DNA from: Bacteroidia bacterium
GTDB taxonomy: Bacteria; Bacteroidota; Bacteroidia; AKYH767-A; OLB10
Direction of reading: 5' to 3'
DNA: 50,874 nt
Assembly (NCBI GenBank): GCA_044448905.1
Contig: JBIOHJ010000003.1
Span: forward strand, 1 to 50,874
A program made the position numbers and the translations under genes. Shown here piece after piece: positions 9,436-19,152 of the stretch (positions are counted from its first letter, which is position 1; every line of letters begins with the position of its first letter). The notes beneath the pieces are model-generated. The model saw nothing but the letters and a program-made list of their open reading frames with translations. It was not told where the DNA came from and did no database searches.

Positions 9436-10338
9436 ATGAGAGTTTTCTACATAGTTTTATTTTCCCTCCTTAATTTTCCATTAAGTGCGCAAAACTATGT
9501 TCCGTTTGCTTTGGACAGTGCTGCATGGTCGGTTGACTTTATCACTCCGGGGCCATTTTCTCAGGAGTTTCATGTTCCGAGATTATATTTTATGAATGGC
9601 GATTCAGTGATCAACGGGTTGAATTACCATAAGACATACCAGTATGGAGATTCTATACCATTTAACTCAGGAGGATTGCTTACTTCCTTAATCCGTGAAC
9701 AAAACAAAATTATTTACTGCAGGTATTTTAATTGGAATAATTTTTCTTCGGAATTTGAACTTTATAATTTTAACCTGACAATTGGCGATACTTTTTCATT
9801 TCCAAACATTATTGATTCTGTTAAAATGGTTCTTATTTCTGTTGATTCAGAATATACAACAACAGGTTATCGGAAAGCTTTCAATTTTAATATTGTTTAT
9901 AATCCATCAGCAGCATTTTATATGAATCCGCGCTGGGTAGAAGGTATTGGTGATATAGTGAATGGAATTGTTTATCTGGAAGTTCCAATACTTGACTGGT
10001 GGTGTCAGGCATTGTGTTATAGCGAAAGTTATTTTTTAGTATGGAATTGGAACCAGGGCAATTGTTGGATAACGGGAATGGACGAAACGACACATTCAGA
10101 AAAAATTAAACTCTTAAATAACCCTTCCCTTGAAAAAATTCAAATTCTCTTTCCCGATAATCTTTTCATTGAAAAGGAAATCACAGTGCATGAGATTTCA
10201 GGAAAAATAGTTGGACAGTATAAATTTTATGATCAGGAATTTACATTATTTAAACATTCTCTTGGCAGAGGCATGTATTTTCTGGATATAAAATCAGGCG
10301 ATGATTTTCTTAAAACATATAAGATTATTTTTTTGTAA
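9436..10338 (+). CDS. Secreted protein of unknown function with a T9SS type-A sorting domain
   Basis: Signal peptide ending SAQ; C-terminus NNP...ISGKIV...LGRGMYFL...KIIFL; start placed at ATG 9436. Confidence 0.78.
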   Translation: MRVFYIVLFSLLNFPLSAQNYVPFALDSAAWSVDFITPGPFSQEFHVPRLYFMNGDSVINGLNYHKTYQYGDSIPFNSGGLLTSLIREQNKIIYCRYFNWNNFSSEFELYNFNLTIGDTFSFPNIIDSVKMVLISVDSEYTTTGYRKAFNFNIVYNPSAAFYMNPRWVEGIGDIVNGIVYLEVPILDWWCQALCYSESYFLVWNWNQGNCWITGMDETTHSEKIKLLNNPSLEKIQILFPDNLFIEKEITVHEISGKIVGQYKFYDQEFTLFKHSLGRGMYFLDIKSGDDFLKTYKIIFL

Positions 10339-10368
10339 TAAAATATTCATAATTAATTTTAAACTTTC

Positions 10369-11556
10369 ATGTACTCAACTCTGAAACCCATTCTTGAAAA
10401 AGAATTAAATGCAATCCGTGAAGCCGGATTATATAAACAGGAAAGAATTATTTCTACTGCCCAAGGCGCAGAAATTATTGCCAACGGAAAAAAGGTAATT
10501 AATTTTTGCGCAAATAATTATTTAGGATTATCGTCTCATCCAAAAATTATTGCAGCAGCCCAAAAAGCAATTGACACACACGGTTATGGGATGTCATCCG
10601 TACGGTTTATTTGCGGAACGCAGGATATTCACAAAGAGCTTGAAGAAAAAATTTCAAAATTTCTTGGTACCGAAGATTCCATCCTGTATGCAGCAGCTTT
10701 TGATGCAAACGGTGGTGTGTTTGAACCATTGTTTAACGAACAAGATGCCATTATTTCCGATGAACTGAATCATGCTTCCATTATAGATGGTGTCCGTTTA
10801 TGCAAAGCCGACCGTCATCGCTACAAACACAATGACATGAATGTGTTGGAAGAAATACTGAAAACAACTCAGGAAAAACGCCATCGTATCATCGTATCAG
10901 ACGGAGTTTTTTCAATGGACGGAACAATTGCTCAACTTGATAAAATCTGCGATCTTGCTGATAAATATAAAGCGTTAGTGATGATTGATGAATGTCATGC
11001 ATCAGGATTTATGGGTAAGACGGGAAGAGGTACGCATGAATATTGTAATGTGGTGGGGCGCATTGATATTATTACCGGAACATTAGGCAAAGCATTGGGC
11101 GGTGCATCGGGCGGATTCACCGCAGGCAGAAAAGAAATTATTGAACTGCTTCGTCAACGCTCGCGACCATATCTCTTTTCAAATTCATTAGCTCCGTCAA
11201 TAACCGGAGCTTCTATTGCAGTATTTGATATGCTTACCGAAACAACTGCACTGCGTGATAAGCTTTGGGAAAACACAAAATATTTCCGCACAAAAATTAC
11301 TGAAGCGGGCTTTGACATTAAGCCTGGTGAGCATCCCATCGTTCCCATTATGCTGTACGAGGCAAAACTTGCACAGGAGTTTGCTGCGCAATTAATGGAT
11401 GAAGGAATTTATGTAATCGGATTTTTTTATCCGGTGGTTGCAAAGGGAAATGCGCGAATCCGGGTACAGATATCTGCAGCTCACGAAAAGCATCATCTGG
11501 ATAAAGCAGTTACAGCGTTTGCCAAAGTGGGGAAGGGGCTAAGTGTCCTGAATTAA
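10369..11556 (+). CDS. kbl: Glycine C-acetyltransferase (2-amino-3-ketobutyrate CoA ligase)
   Basis: [31 protein letters not shown]-lysine motif [21 protein letters not shown]. Confidence 0.97.
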   Translation: MYSTLKPILEKELNAIREAGLYKQERIISTAQGAEIIANGKKVINFCANNYLGLSSHPKIIAAAQKAIDTHGYGMSSVRFICGTQDIHKELEEKISKFLGTEDSILYAAAFDANGGVFEPLFNEQDAIISDELNHASIIDGVRLCKADRHRYKHNDMNVLEEILKTTQEKRHRIIVSDGVFSMDGTIAQLDKICDLADKYKALVMIDECHASGFMGKTGRGTHEYCNVVGRIDIITGTLGKALGGASGGFTAGRKEIIELLRQRSRPYLFSNSLAPSITGASIAVFDMLTETTALRDKLWENTKYFRTKITEAGFDIKPGEHPIVPIMLYEAKLAQEFAAQLMDEGIYVIGFFYPVVAKGNARIRVQISAAHEKHHLDKAVTAFAKVGKGLSVLN

Positions 11557-11563
11557 ACTCCCC

Positions 11564-12943
11564 TTACAAAAGCGTTCCGGAAAGCAAAATTGCTGCTATT
11601 GAAAAGTAAATTATCAAACCTGTAACGTCAACAAGGGTTGCAATAAACGGTGCGGAAGATGTAGCCGGATCAGCACCAAAACGCTTGAGCACTAACGGCA
11701 ACATTGAACCCATGATGGTTCCCCACGTCACTACACCGATTAATGCAAATGCAATCGTAAATCCAATCAGCATCCAATGCGGGCCATAATATCCGCCAAC
11801 TGCTTCGGCTGCTGATACACGAATAAACCCCAAAGCTCCTAATATTATTCCTAAAATCAACCCCGAGATAATTTCTCTTTTCATAATATGCCACCAGTCT
11901 TTTAAAGTCACTTCACCTAGTGCCATTGCACGAATAATTAACGTTGCAGCCTGCGAACCGGTGTTGCCACCACTGGAAACAATAAGCGGAATAAATAATA
12001 CAAGCACAACGGCCTTTGCAATCTCATTTTCAAAAAAGCTCATTGCAGATGCGGTAAATAATTCACCGATGAATAATACTACTAACCAAGGTGCGCGTTT
12101 GCGAATCATTTTAGCAATTGAAACTTCCATGTACGGCTCATCCAATGCTTCTACGGCACCTAACTTCTGAATATCTTCTGTATCTTCTTCTTCTGCAAGC
12201 TGCAGTACATCATCAACTGTTATTATGCCAAGCAACGTTCCTGATATATCAATAACAGGAAGGGCTACCCGTTCATGCTTTTTAAATTCATTAATCGCCA
12301 CTTCCTGATCATCAGTTACAAAAAGCGAGGCGAACTTTCCGTCTGAGATGTCCTTAACTTTGGTTGAAATTTCAGCCAGCAGCAATTCACCCGCTTTAAT
12401 GTCATCAATCAGCTTACCTTTTTCGTCCACAACAAAAAAAACATCCAGAGTTTCGCTGGTTGCACCGTATGCACGAATGTATTCAAGAACCTGTGAAACT
12501 GTCCAATCCTGTTTCAATGCAATGAAATCAGGAGTCATCAATCGCCCGATACTGTTTTCGGGATAACCCAAAAGTTTTAAAGCAACTGCCCGCTCGTTTT
12601 GCGTAAGAAGACGCAGATGCTTATTAATTCCCTCAGGCGAAAGCTCTTCGAGCAATCCGGTACGCACATCAGGTGCAATGTCATTTAATATGAGCGCCAC
12701 CTGCCGGTGAGGTAATATATCAAGTAAATCTTTTTGAAAACTTTTGTCGAGCAATTCAAAGGTTTGCGCAGCCTGTTGCCGGTCCATACAACGGAATAAA
12801 TAAATCTGGAGCCCTTCGGGTGAATCTTTTAACGCTTCGGCAAGCTCGGTAGGAAGCAATTCAGCAACACTTCGCTTTAACGCGGTTGCGTCACCGGTCT
12901 GAAGTTTCGCAAGAAGCTCGTTTCGTGCTTCGACTGTTTCCAT
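11564..12943 (-). CDS. mgtE: Magnesium transporter MgtE
   Basis: CBS pair (GRLMTPDF, GIITVDD), GGNTGSQA, DPATSSAPFIATLVDVTG. Confidence 0.97.
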   Translation of the reverse strand: METVEARNELLAKLQTGDATALKRSVAELLPTELAEALKDSPEGLQIYLFRCMDRQQAAQTFELLDKSFQKDLLDILPHRQVALILNDIAPDVRTGLLEELSPEGINKHLRLLTQNERAVALKLLGYPENSIGRLMTPDFIALKQDWTVSQVLEYIRAYGATSETLDVFFVVDEKGKLIDDIKAGELLLAEISTKVKDISDGKFASLFVTDDQEVAINEFKKHERVALPVIDISGTLLGIITVDDVLQLAEEEDTEDIQKLGAVEALDEPYMEVSIAKMIRKRAPWLVVLFIGELFTASAMSFFENEIAKAVVLVLFIPLIVSSGGNTGSQAATLIIRAMALGEVTLKDWWHIMKREIISGLILGIILGALGFIRVSAAEAVGGYYGPHWMLIGFTIAFALIGVVTWGTIMGSMLPLVLKRFGADPATSSAPFIATLVDVTGLIIYFSIAAILLSGTLL

Positions 12944-12998
12944 GCCAGTTTTTACCGTTTAGATATTGTTAGTACAGATTCTTAAAAAAATTTTTGAA

Positions 12999-13793
12999 TT
13001 ATACCGCTACCGTTGCTTTAATTGCGGGGTGAGGATCGTAATTAATTAATGAAAAATCTTCGAATCTAAAATCAAAAATATTTTTAACAACAGGATTCAT
13101 GATTATTGAAGGTAACGGTCTTGGAGTTCTTGATAATTGCAAATATGCCTGTTCAAAATGATTGGAATAAATATGAGCATCGCCAAATGTGTGAATAAAC
13201 TCTCCCGGAATCAGGTTGCAGACCTGCGCTACCATCATCGTCAGCAAACTATAAGAAGCAATGTTAAAAGGAACTCCGAGGAAAATATCCGCGCTGCGCT
13301 GATAAAGCTGGCATGACAACCTGTTGTTAGTTACGTAAAACTGAAATAAAACATGGCATGGGGGTAATTTCATTTTATCAATTTCCCCTACATTCCATGC
13401 GCTAACGATTAATCTCCGCGAATCGGGATTTTTTTTAATCTGCCCGATCACATTGCTGATTTGATCAATTGTTCGCCCGTCAGCAGCTGTCCAGGAGCGC
13501 CATTGATGGCCATATACTGGGCCCAGATCACCATTCTCATCAGCCCATTCATTCCAGATGGTTACATTATTTTCATTTAAATATTTTATGTTGGTGTCAC
13601 CTTTCAAAAACCAAAGCAGCTCGTGAATGATAGACTTTGTGTGCAGCTTTTTTGTTGTAAGTAATGGGAACCCTTTGCTTAAATCAAAGCGCAACTGGTA
13701 ACCGAAAACACTTCGCGTACCGGTTCCTGTCCGGTCACTTTTATCGATGCCGGTATCGAGAACATGTTTTAATAAATCAAGATATTGCTGCAC
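12999..13793 (-). CDS. thyA: Thymidylate synthase
   Basis: [37 protein letters not shown]; GTG start. Confidence 0.98.
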   Translation of the reverse strand: MQQYLDLLKHVLDTGIDKSDRTGTGTRSVFGYQLRFDLSKGFPLLTTKKLHTKSIIHELLWFLKGDTNIKYLNENNVTIWNEWADENGDLGPVYGHQWRSWTAADGRTIDQISNVIGQIKKNPDSRRLIVSAWNVGEIDKMKLPPCHVLFQFYVTNNRLSCQLYQRSADIFLGVPFNIASYSLLTMMVAQVCNLIPGEFIHTFGDAHIYSNHFEQAYLQLSRTPRPLPSIIMNPVVKNIFDFRFEDFSLINYDPHPAIKATVAV

Positions 13794-13810
13794 TAATACT
13801 TTTTATTAAA

Positions 13811-14590
13811 TTATTTTTTCTTAGCTTTTTCTTTTTCTTCTGTAGATGCCGGCTTAGTCATCATTTCAAGATTATTTTTTGCAAGAGTAAAATCAGGAAA
13901 TATTTTAATTGCCGCTTCAAAGTCAGCTTTAGCTTTATCGGGTTGAGCCAGATCTTTTTCCATCACACCGCGTAAGTTGTGAGCTGCAGCAGCCAGTGGA
14001 ACTTCCTGTGCATTTTGCTCGTCTGATGAAATTTGTATTTTTTGCGTTAATGCATCCTGACTCTTAAGCAAAATATCAATACTTGTTGTGCATTCGCCAT
14101 AGCGTTTCAGCTGGTATTGCAATATGGCAATCTGATAAAGATGATACATGCTGTTTGTTTTACCATATAACTTTTCATACAGGGCAAGTGCTTCCTTGTC
14201 GTTTTTCATGGCATTGAGGCAAATAGCAGAAAGTTCCATCAATTGTAAATTTTCGGGTTGTTTTGCCAAAACAATATTTGCAGCAGCATTACTTTGCGGA
14301 TATGCGCCCATCGAAAAATAAACCCGCGCAAGCGAATCTAAATAATCAAGCCGTTGCGGATATTTTGAAATCAGAGAAAATAAAGCATTCTTAGCCACGT
14401 CATAATCGGCAAACAATAATGCAGTGTGATAAACTTTTATTTCAACAGGCATGGTATCAGTAACCGGTTCGGCAGTAGAAGAAACAGGTTTATCGGCAGG
14501 TTTGGCAGCAGATTCTGTTTTCTTTTGCTGGGAAAACGAACTTGAAAAAGCAATTAATAATGCCGCTAAAATTAATATTGATTTTTTCAT
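13811..14590 (-). CDS. Exported tetratricopeptide-repeat protein
   Basis: Signal peptide MKKSILIL...FSQ; helical repeats such as AHNLRG...KAKADFEAAIKIFPDF..AKNNL; start placed at ATG 14590. Confidence 0.8.
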   Translation of the reverse strand: MKKSILILAALLIAFSSSFSQQKKTESAAKPADKPVSSTAEPVTDTMPVEIKVYHTALLFADYDVAKNALFSLISKYPQRLDYLDSLARVYFSMGAYPQSNAAANIVLAKQPENLQLMELSAICLNAMKNDKEALALYEKLYGKTNSMYHLYQIAILQYQLKRYGECTTSIDILLKSQDALTQKIQISSDEQNAQEVPLAAAAHNLRGVMEKDLAQPDKAKADFEAAIKIFPDFTLAKNNLEMMTKPASTEEKEKAKKK

Positions 14591-14684
14591 ATTTATTTTT
14601 TCCTTATCGTGCAAGTTTACAAAAATTCAGCAGAATAAAATCAACTTTATATAACTTTGAACCATTATTTTCGTTAATCTATTT

Positions 14685-14834
14685 ATGAGACCACAACTAA
14701 ACAGAATTTTTTCTTTCCTGCTCCTTCTTTCCTGCTTTCTGTTTCTCTTTTCTTCTTGTTTTATTTTCAAAAAGAAATGCGATTGCCCAAAAGTTGGCAA
14801 AGTAAAAACCGAGGTTGCAAAAAAGCCCTGTTGA
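14685..14834 (+). CDS. Small putative lipoprotein (49 aa) with CDCPK motif
   Basis: Not in the ORF track; MRPQLNRIFSFLLLLSCFLFLFSSCFIFKKKCDCPKVGKVKTEVAKKPC*; hydrophobic core and FSSC lipobox; A/T-rich context before ATG. Confidence 0.65.
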   Translation: MRPQLNRIFSFLLLLSCFLFLFSSCFIFKKKCDCPKVGKVKTEVAKKPC

Positions 14835-14960
14835 ATTTTGACTTTTACCTTCTTCCCCCAATAAAATCTTGCCTAATTTAGCACGCTTTTTAAAAAAGTT
14901 AGTAGCATTACAAACGGTTTATAGTTATTGCTAATTCTTAAATTCGTATTTCGCAGATAA

Positions 14961-15200
14961 ATGAAACTCTCAGAAATAAAAACCGGACAGCGATGCATTA
15001 TCGAATCATTTACCGATGAGTTTCTGAAACTAAAACTGATGGAAATGGGTTGCATACCCGGTGAGGAAATTGAAGTGGTTCGTGTGGCGCCTCCCGGTGA
15101 TCCCATTGCAATTAATGTAGCTAATTATACGTTGAGCTTGCGGCTGAGTGAAGCGGAAACAGTCGTTGTAAAACCATCTATTCAAACACCTGCTAAATAA
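14961..15200 (+). CDS. feoA: Ferrous iron transport protein A
   Basis: KLMEMGCIPGEEI..VRVAP.GDPIAI, LSLR.SEA; directly upstream of feoB. Confidence 0.95.
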   Translation: MKLSEIKTGQRCIIESFTDEFLKLKLMEMGCIPGEEIEVVRVAPPGDPIAINVANYTLSLRLSEAETVVVKPSIQTPAK

Positions 15201-15215
15201 TAACAGTCTTCATTG

Positions 15216-17345
15216 ATGAACCGAAGAATTAAAGTGGCTTTAGTTGGCAATCCCAACAGCGGGAAGTCAACTCTTTTTAATGCCCTTACGGGGTTGAATC
15301 AAAAGATTGCAAACTTTCCCGGGGTGACTGTGGAGAAGAAAACAGGCTTTTGTACTATCAAAAATAAAAACGGTGACATAGTTACTGCCGAAATTATTGA
15401 CCTGCCGGGAACCTATAGCCTGTATCCTAAGACGTTAGATGAGCAGATTCCGTTCCAGGTGCTTTGCGACCCCGGGAATGAATCACACCCTGATGTTACG
15501 ATCATCATTGCAGATGGAACCAATCTTAAGCGAAGCTTGTTTCTTTGTTCGCAGATTGCGGATTTAAAAAAACCTGCCATCCTTGCCGTCAACATGATTG
15601 ACCTTGTTAATTACAAGGGAATCAGAATAGATTTTGTAGCGCTTTCAAAAAAATTAGGAATACAAGTTTTTCCTATGGTGGCAAGGAAAGTGATAGGCGT
15701 GGAGGAATTAAGGAAAGCTTTGGGCGAAGAAATTCCAGTTCACGAAAACGATTTCATTGATTCGAAAAAATTTGCGCCTGAAGTTGTTGAAGACATCCGA
15801 AATGAAGTTCATGCAAACAGTGATTACGGAGCTTTCCAGATTGCCAATAATATTGAAGCAATAAAATGGTTTGAAAAAAATCCGGAGAAAAAAGAAAAAA
15901 TAAAATCATTGCTTCAGCGGCATGCATTTGACAGCACCCAGCAACAAGCCACCGAAACACTTGAGCGGTATAAGGTGATTACCCAACTAATGAATGAATG
16001 CGTAAAAACTGAAGAAATAAAAAAACGGCCAGAATGGAGCAAACATCTTGACAATATACTCATGCATCGCTTTTGGGGATATATTATTTTTCTGACTGTA
16101 CTCTTTCTCATTTTCCAGGTAATTTTTTCAGTTGCAAAAATTCCGATGGATTTAATTGATAGCATCTTTGCCGGCATGGGAAGTTATGTGCATGAACATT
16201 TGCCGCGCGGAGTCTTAAATGATTTACTTGTTAACGGCATCATTGCCGGGCTGGCGGGTATTATCATTTTTGTTCCGCAGATTGCTTTATTGTTTGCATT
16301 TATCGTTATTCTCGAAGATACCGGCTATATGGCCCGCGTTAGTTTCATCATGGACCGCCTGATGAGAAGGTATGGATTAAACGGGCGTTCGGTAATTCCA
16401 CTCATCAGTGGAGTGGCATGTGCTGTGCCTGCTATTTTGTCCACACGCACCATTCAAAGCTGGAAACAACGCATTATCACCATCATGGTTACCCCCCTGA
16501 TGAGTTGTTCGGCAAGGCTGCCAGTTTATGCGTTAATTATTTCAATGATCATTCCTTCAAAACCTGTTTGGGGTTTCATTAATAGGCAGGGATTGGTATT
16601 AATGGCTTTATATCTCATCGGTTTTTTTGCAGCTATTGGCTCGGCATTTTTAATGAAGTTGTTTGTGAAAGTACGCGACCGTGATTATTTCATCATGGAG
16701 CTTCCATTGTATCGTGTACCACGCTGGCAAAACGTTGGAATTACTATTCTTGACAAGGTAAAAATATTTTTGTTCGATGCCGGAAAAGTCATCATTGCTA
16801 TTTCAATCATTCTCTGGTTTCTTTCTTCGCGCGGACCGGGCGAGCAGTTTGGAAATTACCAGCATAGTATCGATTCGTTGTCAATGTATAACTCACCCAT
16901 GCACAACCAGGCAATAAGTGCATTGCAGGCACAGAAGCTTGAAGCTTCGTATGCAGGCAAAATGGGAAAGTTGCTGGAGCCTGCCATCGAGCCGTTAGGC
17001 TTTGACTGGAAGATTGGCATTGCTCTTGTAACTTCGTTTGCCGCGCGCGAAGTATTTGTAGGAACCATGAGTACCATTTACAGTGCGGGCGCTGATAATA
17101 AAGAAGAGCTGACAGTGCGTGATAAAATGATGGCTGAAATAAATCCGAAAACCGGAGAACAACGTTATACCGTAGCCGTGGGATGGTCTCTCATGTTGTT
17201 TTATGCTTTTGCCATGCAGTGCATGAGTACGTTGGCCGTTGTAAAACGCGAAACCAACGGATGGAAATGGCCCATCATCCAGTTTGTTTATATGGGCGTG
17301 CTTGCATACCTAGCAAGCTTTATTGCATTTAATTTATTGAAATAA
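15216..17345 (+). CDS. feoB: Ferrous iron transport protein B
   Basis: GNPNSGKSTLFN, NFPGVTVE, DLPGTYSL, MSCSARLPVY, SFAAREVFV. Confidence 0.98.
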   Translation: MNRRIKVALVGNPNSGKSTLFNALTGLNQKIANFPGVTVEKKTGFCTIKNKNGDIVTAEIIDLPGTYSLYPKTLDEQIPFQVLCDPGNESHPDVTIIIADGTNLKRSLFLCSQIADLKKPAILAVNMIDLVNYKGIRIDFVALSKKLGIQVFPMVARKVIGVEELRKALGEEIPVHENDFIDSKKFAPEVVEDIRNEVHANSDYGAFQIANNIEAIKWFEKNPEKKEKIKSLLQRHAFDSTQQQATETLERYKVITQLMNECVKTEEIKKRPEWSKHLDNILMHRFWGYIIFLTVLFLIFQVIFSVAKIPMDLIDSIFAGMGSYVHEHLPRGVLNDLLVNGIIAGLAGIIIFVPQIALLFAFIVILEDTGYMARVSFIMDRLMRRYGLNGRSVIPLISGVACAVPAILSTRTIQSWKQRIITIMVTPLMSCSARLPVYALIISMIIPSKPVWGFINRQGLVLMALYLIGFFAAIGSAFLMKLFVKVRDRDYFIMELPLYRVPRWQNVGITILDKVKIFLFDAGKVIIAISIILWFLSSRGPGEQFGNYQHSIDSLSMYNSPMHNQAISALQAQKLEASYAGKMGKLLEPAIEPLGFDWKIGIALVTSFAAREVFVGTMSTIYSAGADNKEELTVRDKMMAEINPKTGEQRYTVAVGWSLMLFYAFAMQCMSTLAVVKRETNGWKWPIIQFVYMGVLAYLASFIAFNLLK

Positions 17346-17476
17346 ACTCTTTTTCCATTTTGCGGAAATATTTATTGCATAAGCCCAAACACGTGGTTTT
17401 ATAATTGCAGAGAATGTTTATATTTACTCCCTGAATATTTTTTTATTCGTTCTTAAAATTCATAAAAATTATAATT

Positions 17477-17869
17477 ATGGACCCAAACTTATTTCACATT
17501 GATGGTGAGCGGCTCGTAGAAGTTCTCTTCACCATTGTTGTCCTTTCGTTTTTTGTCGAAAGGGCGCTTTCATTAATATTCGGCTCCCGTTTTTATGTCA
17601 CGCGTCTTGAGGATAAGCACATCAAGGAACTGATTGCATTTACGGCAAGCGCACTCATCTGCTGGCGGTGGCAGTTCGATGCTTTAAGCATTTTGCTGGT
17701 ACAGGAAAAAATGACCATTTACGGCTATCTCATTACCGGTGCCATTATTGCAGGAGGCACCAAAGGTTCGGTTAAATTATTTCACGATGTGTTAAATATT
17801 AAAACCACTGCTGAACGCGACCGTGATCTTGCGCGTGCGCGTGCCAGGAATGTTACCAATCCTATATGA
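17477..17869 (+). CDS. Small membrane protein of unknown function (about 3 TM)
   Basis: Hydrophobic segments with FFVERAL and GYLITGAIIAGGTKG; ATGA overlap with the next gene. Confidence 0.8.
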   Translation: MDPNLFHIDGERLVEVLFTIVVLSFFVERALSLIFGSRFYVTRLEDKHIKELIAFTASALICWRWQFDALSILLVQEKMTIYGYLITGAIIAGGTKGSVKLFHDVLNIKTTAERDRDLARARARNVTNPI

Positions 17870-19122
17870 AAAAATTATACTTCCTGTTTATTTTTTTCCT
17901 TATTGCTGAGCTTTGCTTTGCTGATTTTCTTGTTACCAATCGCAAAACATCAGTTAAAAGCGCTCCATCCAGCCAATCAGGAATTGTAATGCAGCTGGAA
18001 GAAGGCACTACTCTTTGCCTGCTGGATGATGGACATCAGACAAATAATTATTACAAAGTGCAAAGCAATCTTTTTGCGGGCGAAGCATTTATATACCGCA
18101 CGTTTGTAAGAAGATTTACAGGAACACCAGGTGGTGCAAATACATGCACTGCTGATGTGAACGCAAAAATTGAAGTGAGGGTTGTTGATGTAGGCGCGGG
18201 ATTATGCACCTTAATTAAACTGCCCGATAACAAGTACATCGTTTATGATGCGGGAAATAAAAGCAATGCAACCATGAGCCAGATAAACCAGTTTATTCAA
18301 CCTACTGATAAAATTGAATTAATGGTACTGAGCCATACCGATGCCGACCATATTGGTAACGCTGCCGATATACTCCGCAACTATACTGTAAAAAAAGTGG
18401 TGTGGACGGGCTATGACCGGTCCATGACTTCGACCCTTGCACCAACGGGAGTTTTTACCGACCTTGAATCTGAACTGGTAAATCATCCTTCCATTGTAAA
18501 TATTAATCTTAACCATATGGACAGCATAATTACTCCCGGTGTTCAGGCTACTTTCGGAAATGTTAAGCTCACTTTTCTTTGCGGGTTTGGCGAGCCGTTA
18601 GCCGAATGGGGATTGTCGGATAAAGCCGAAAAGATTAACGCGGTAAGCATTGTCATGAAATTAGAGTACAAAGGGAATTCTGTTTTGTTTTGCGGTGACG
18701 CGGTAGGAAGGCATAACGGGGACACTGATCCCGATGCATTAATTGCCACTGAAAAATATTTAGTTGATCATGCTTCGCAATTTTTATCTTCCACAATACT
18801 TATTGCACCACATCATGGTGCCGATAATGGAAGTTCAACCGATTTTATTGAAAAAGTAAATCCTAAAAAAGTTGTTTTTTCGGCAGGGCATAAATTTGCG
18901 CATCCCAGGATGACAGCCACGTCAAGATACCTTACGTTTGGCATAAACCCAAGCAGCATGTTCCGTACCGACCGTGGCGATGATGAAAGTACTAACGAGT
19001 GGGATCACGACCGGATTACCGGCTGCCAGGATAATTCAGGTGATGATGATATCCGGATTGAACTGCTTTCTAACGGCACGTTCAGCATTAAATACATTAA
19101 CCCGGTTTCGGCCTGCGAGTAG
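17866..19122 (+). CDS. Secreted ComEC/Rec2-type metallo-beta-lactamase-fold hydrolase with N-terminal SH3-like domain
   Basis: Signal peptide; SH3b-like VKSAPS...YYKV...AFIY; VDVGAG, YDAG, SHTDADHIG, GDA, APHHGA, FSAG..F.HP. Confidence 0.85.
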   Translation: MKKLYFLFIFFLIAELCFADFLVTNRKTSVKSAPSSQSGIVMQLEEGTTLCLLDDGHQTNNYYKVQSNLFAGEAFIYRTFVRRFTGTPGGANTCTADVNAKIEVRVVDVGAGLCTLIKLPDNKYIVYDAGNKSNATMSQINQFIQPTDKIELMVLSHTDADHIGNAADILRNYTVKKVVWTGYDRSMTSTLAPTGVFTDLESELVNHPSIVNINLNHMDSIITPGVQATFGNVKLTFLCGFGEPLAEWGLSDKAEKINAVSIVMKLEYKGNSVLFCGDAVGRHNGDTDPDALIATEKYLVDHASQFLSSTILIAPHHGADNGSSTDFIEKVNPKKVVFSAGHKFAHPRMTATSRYLTFGINPSSMFRTDRGDDESTNEWDHDRITGCQDNSGDDDIRIELLSNGTFSIKYINPVSACE

Positions 19123-19152
19123 AATTTTATAATTTCACCATAATTAATCGCA

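Noticed and set aside
12944-12998. Possible Mg2+ (M-box) riboswitch before mgtE
   Set aside because: Only 55 nt, AT-rich, no conserved M-box sequence.
14915-14950. Possible Fur box upstream of feoA
   Set aside because: AT-rich but no convincing 19-bp inverted repeat by eye.
17866-19122. Calling this gene comEC, forming a competence locus with dprA
   Set aside because: It lacks the multi-TM competence channel domain and lies about 8.5 kb from dprA with unrelated genes between.
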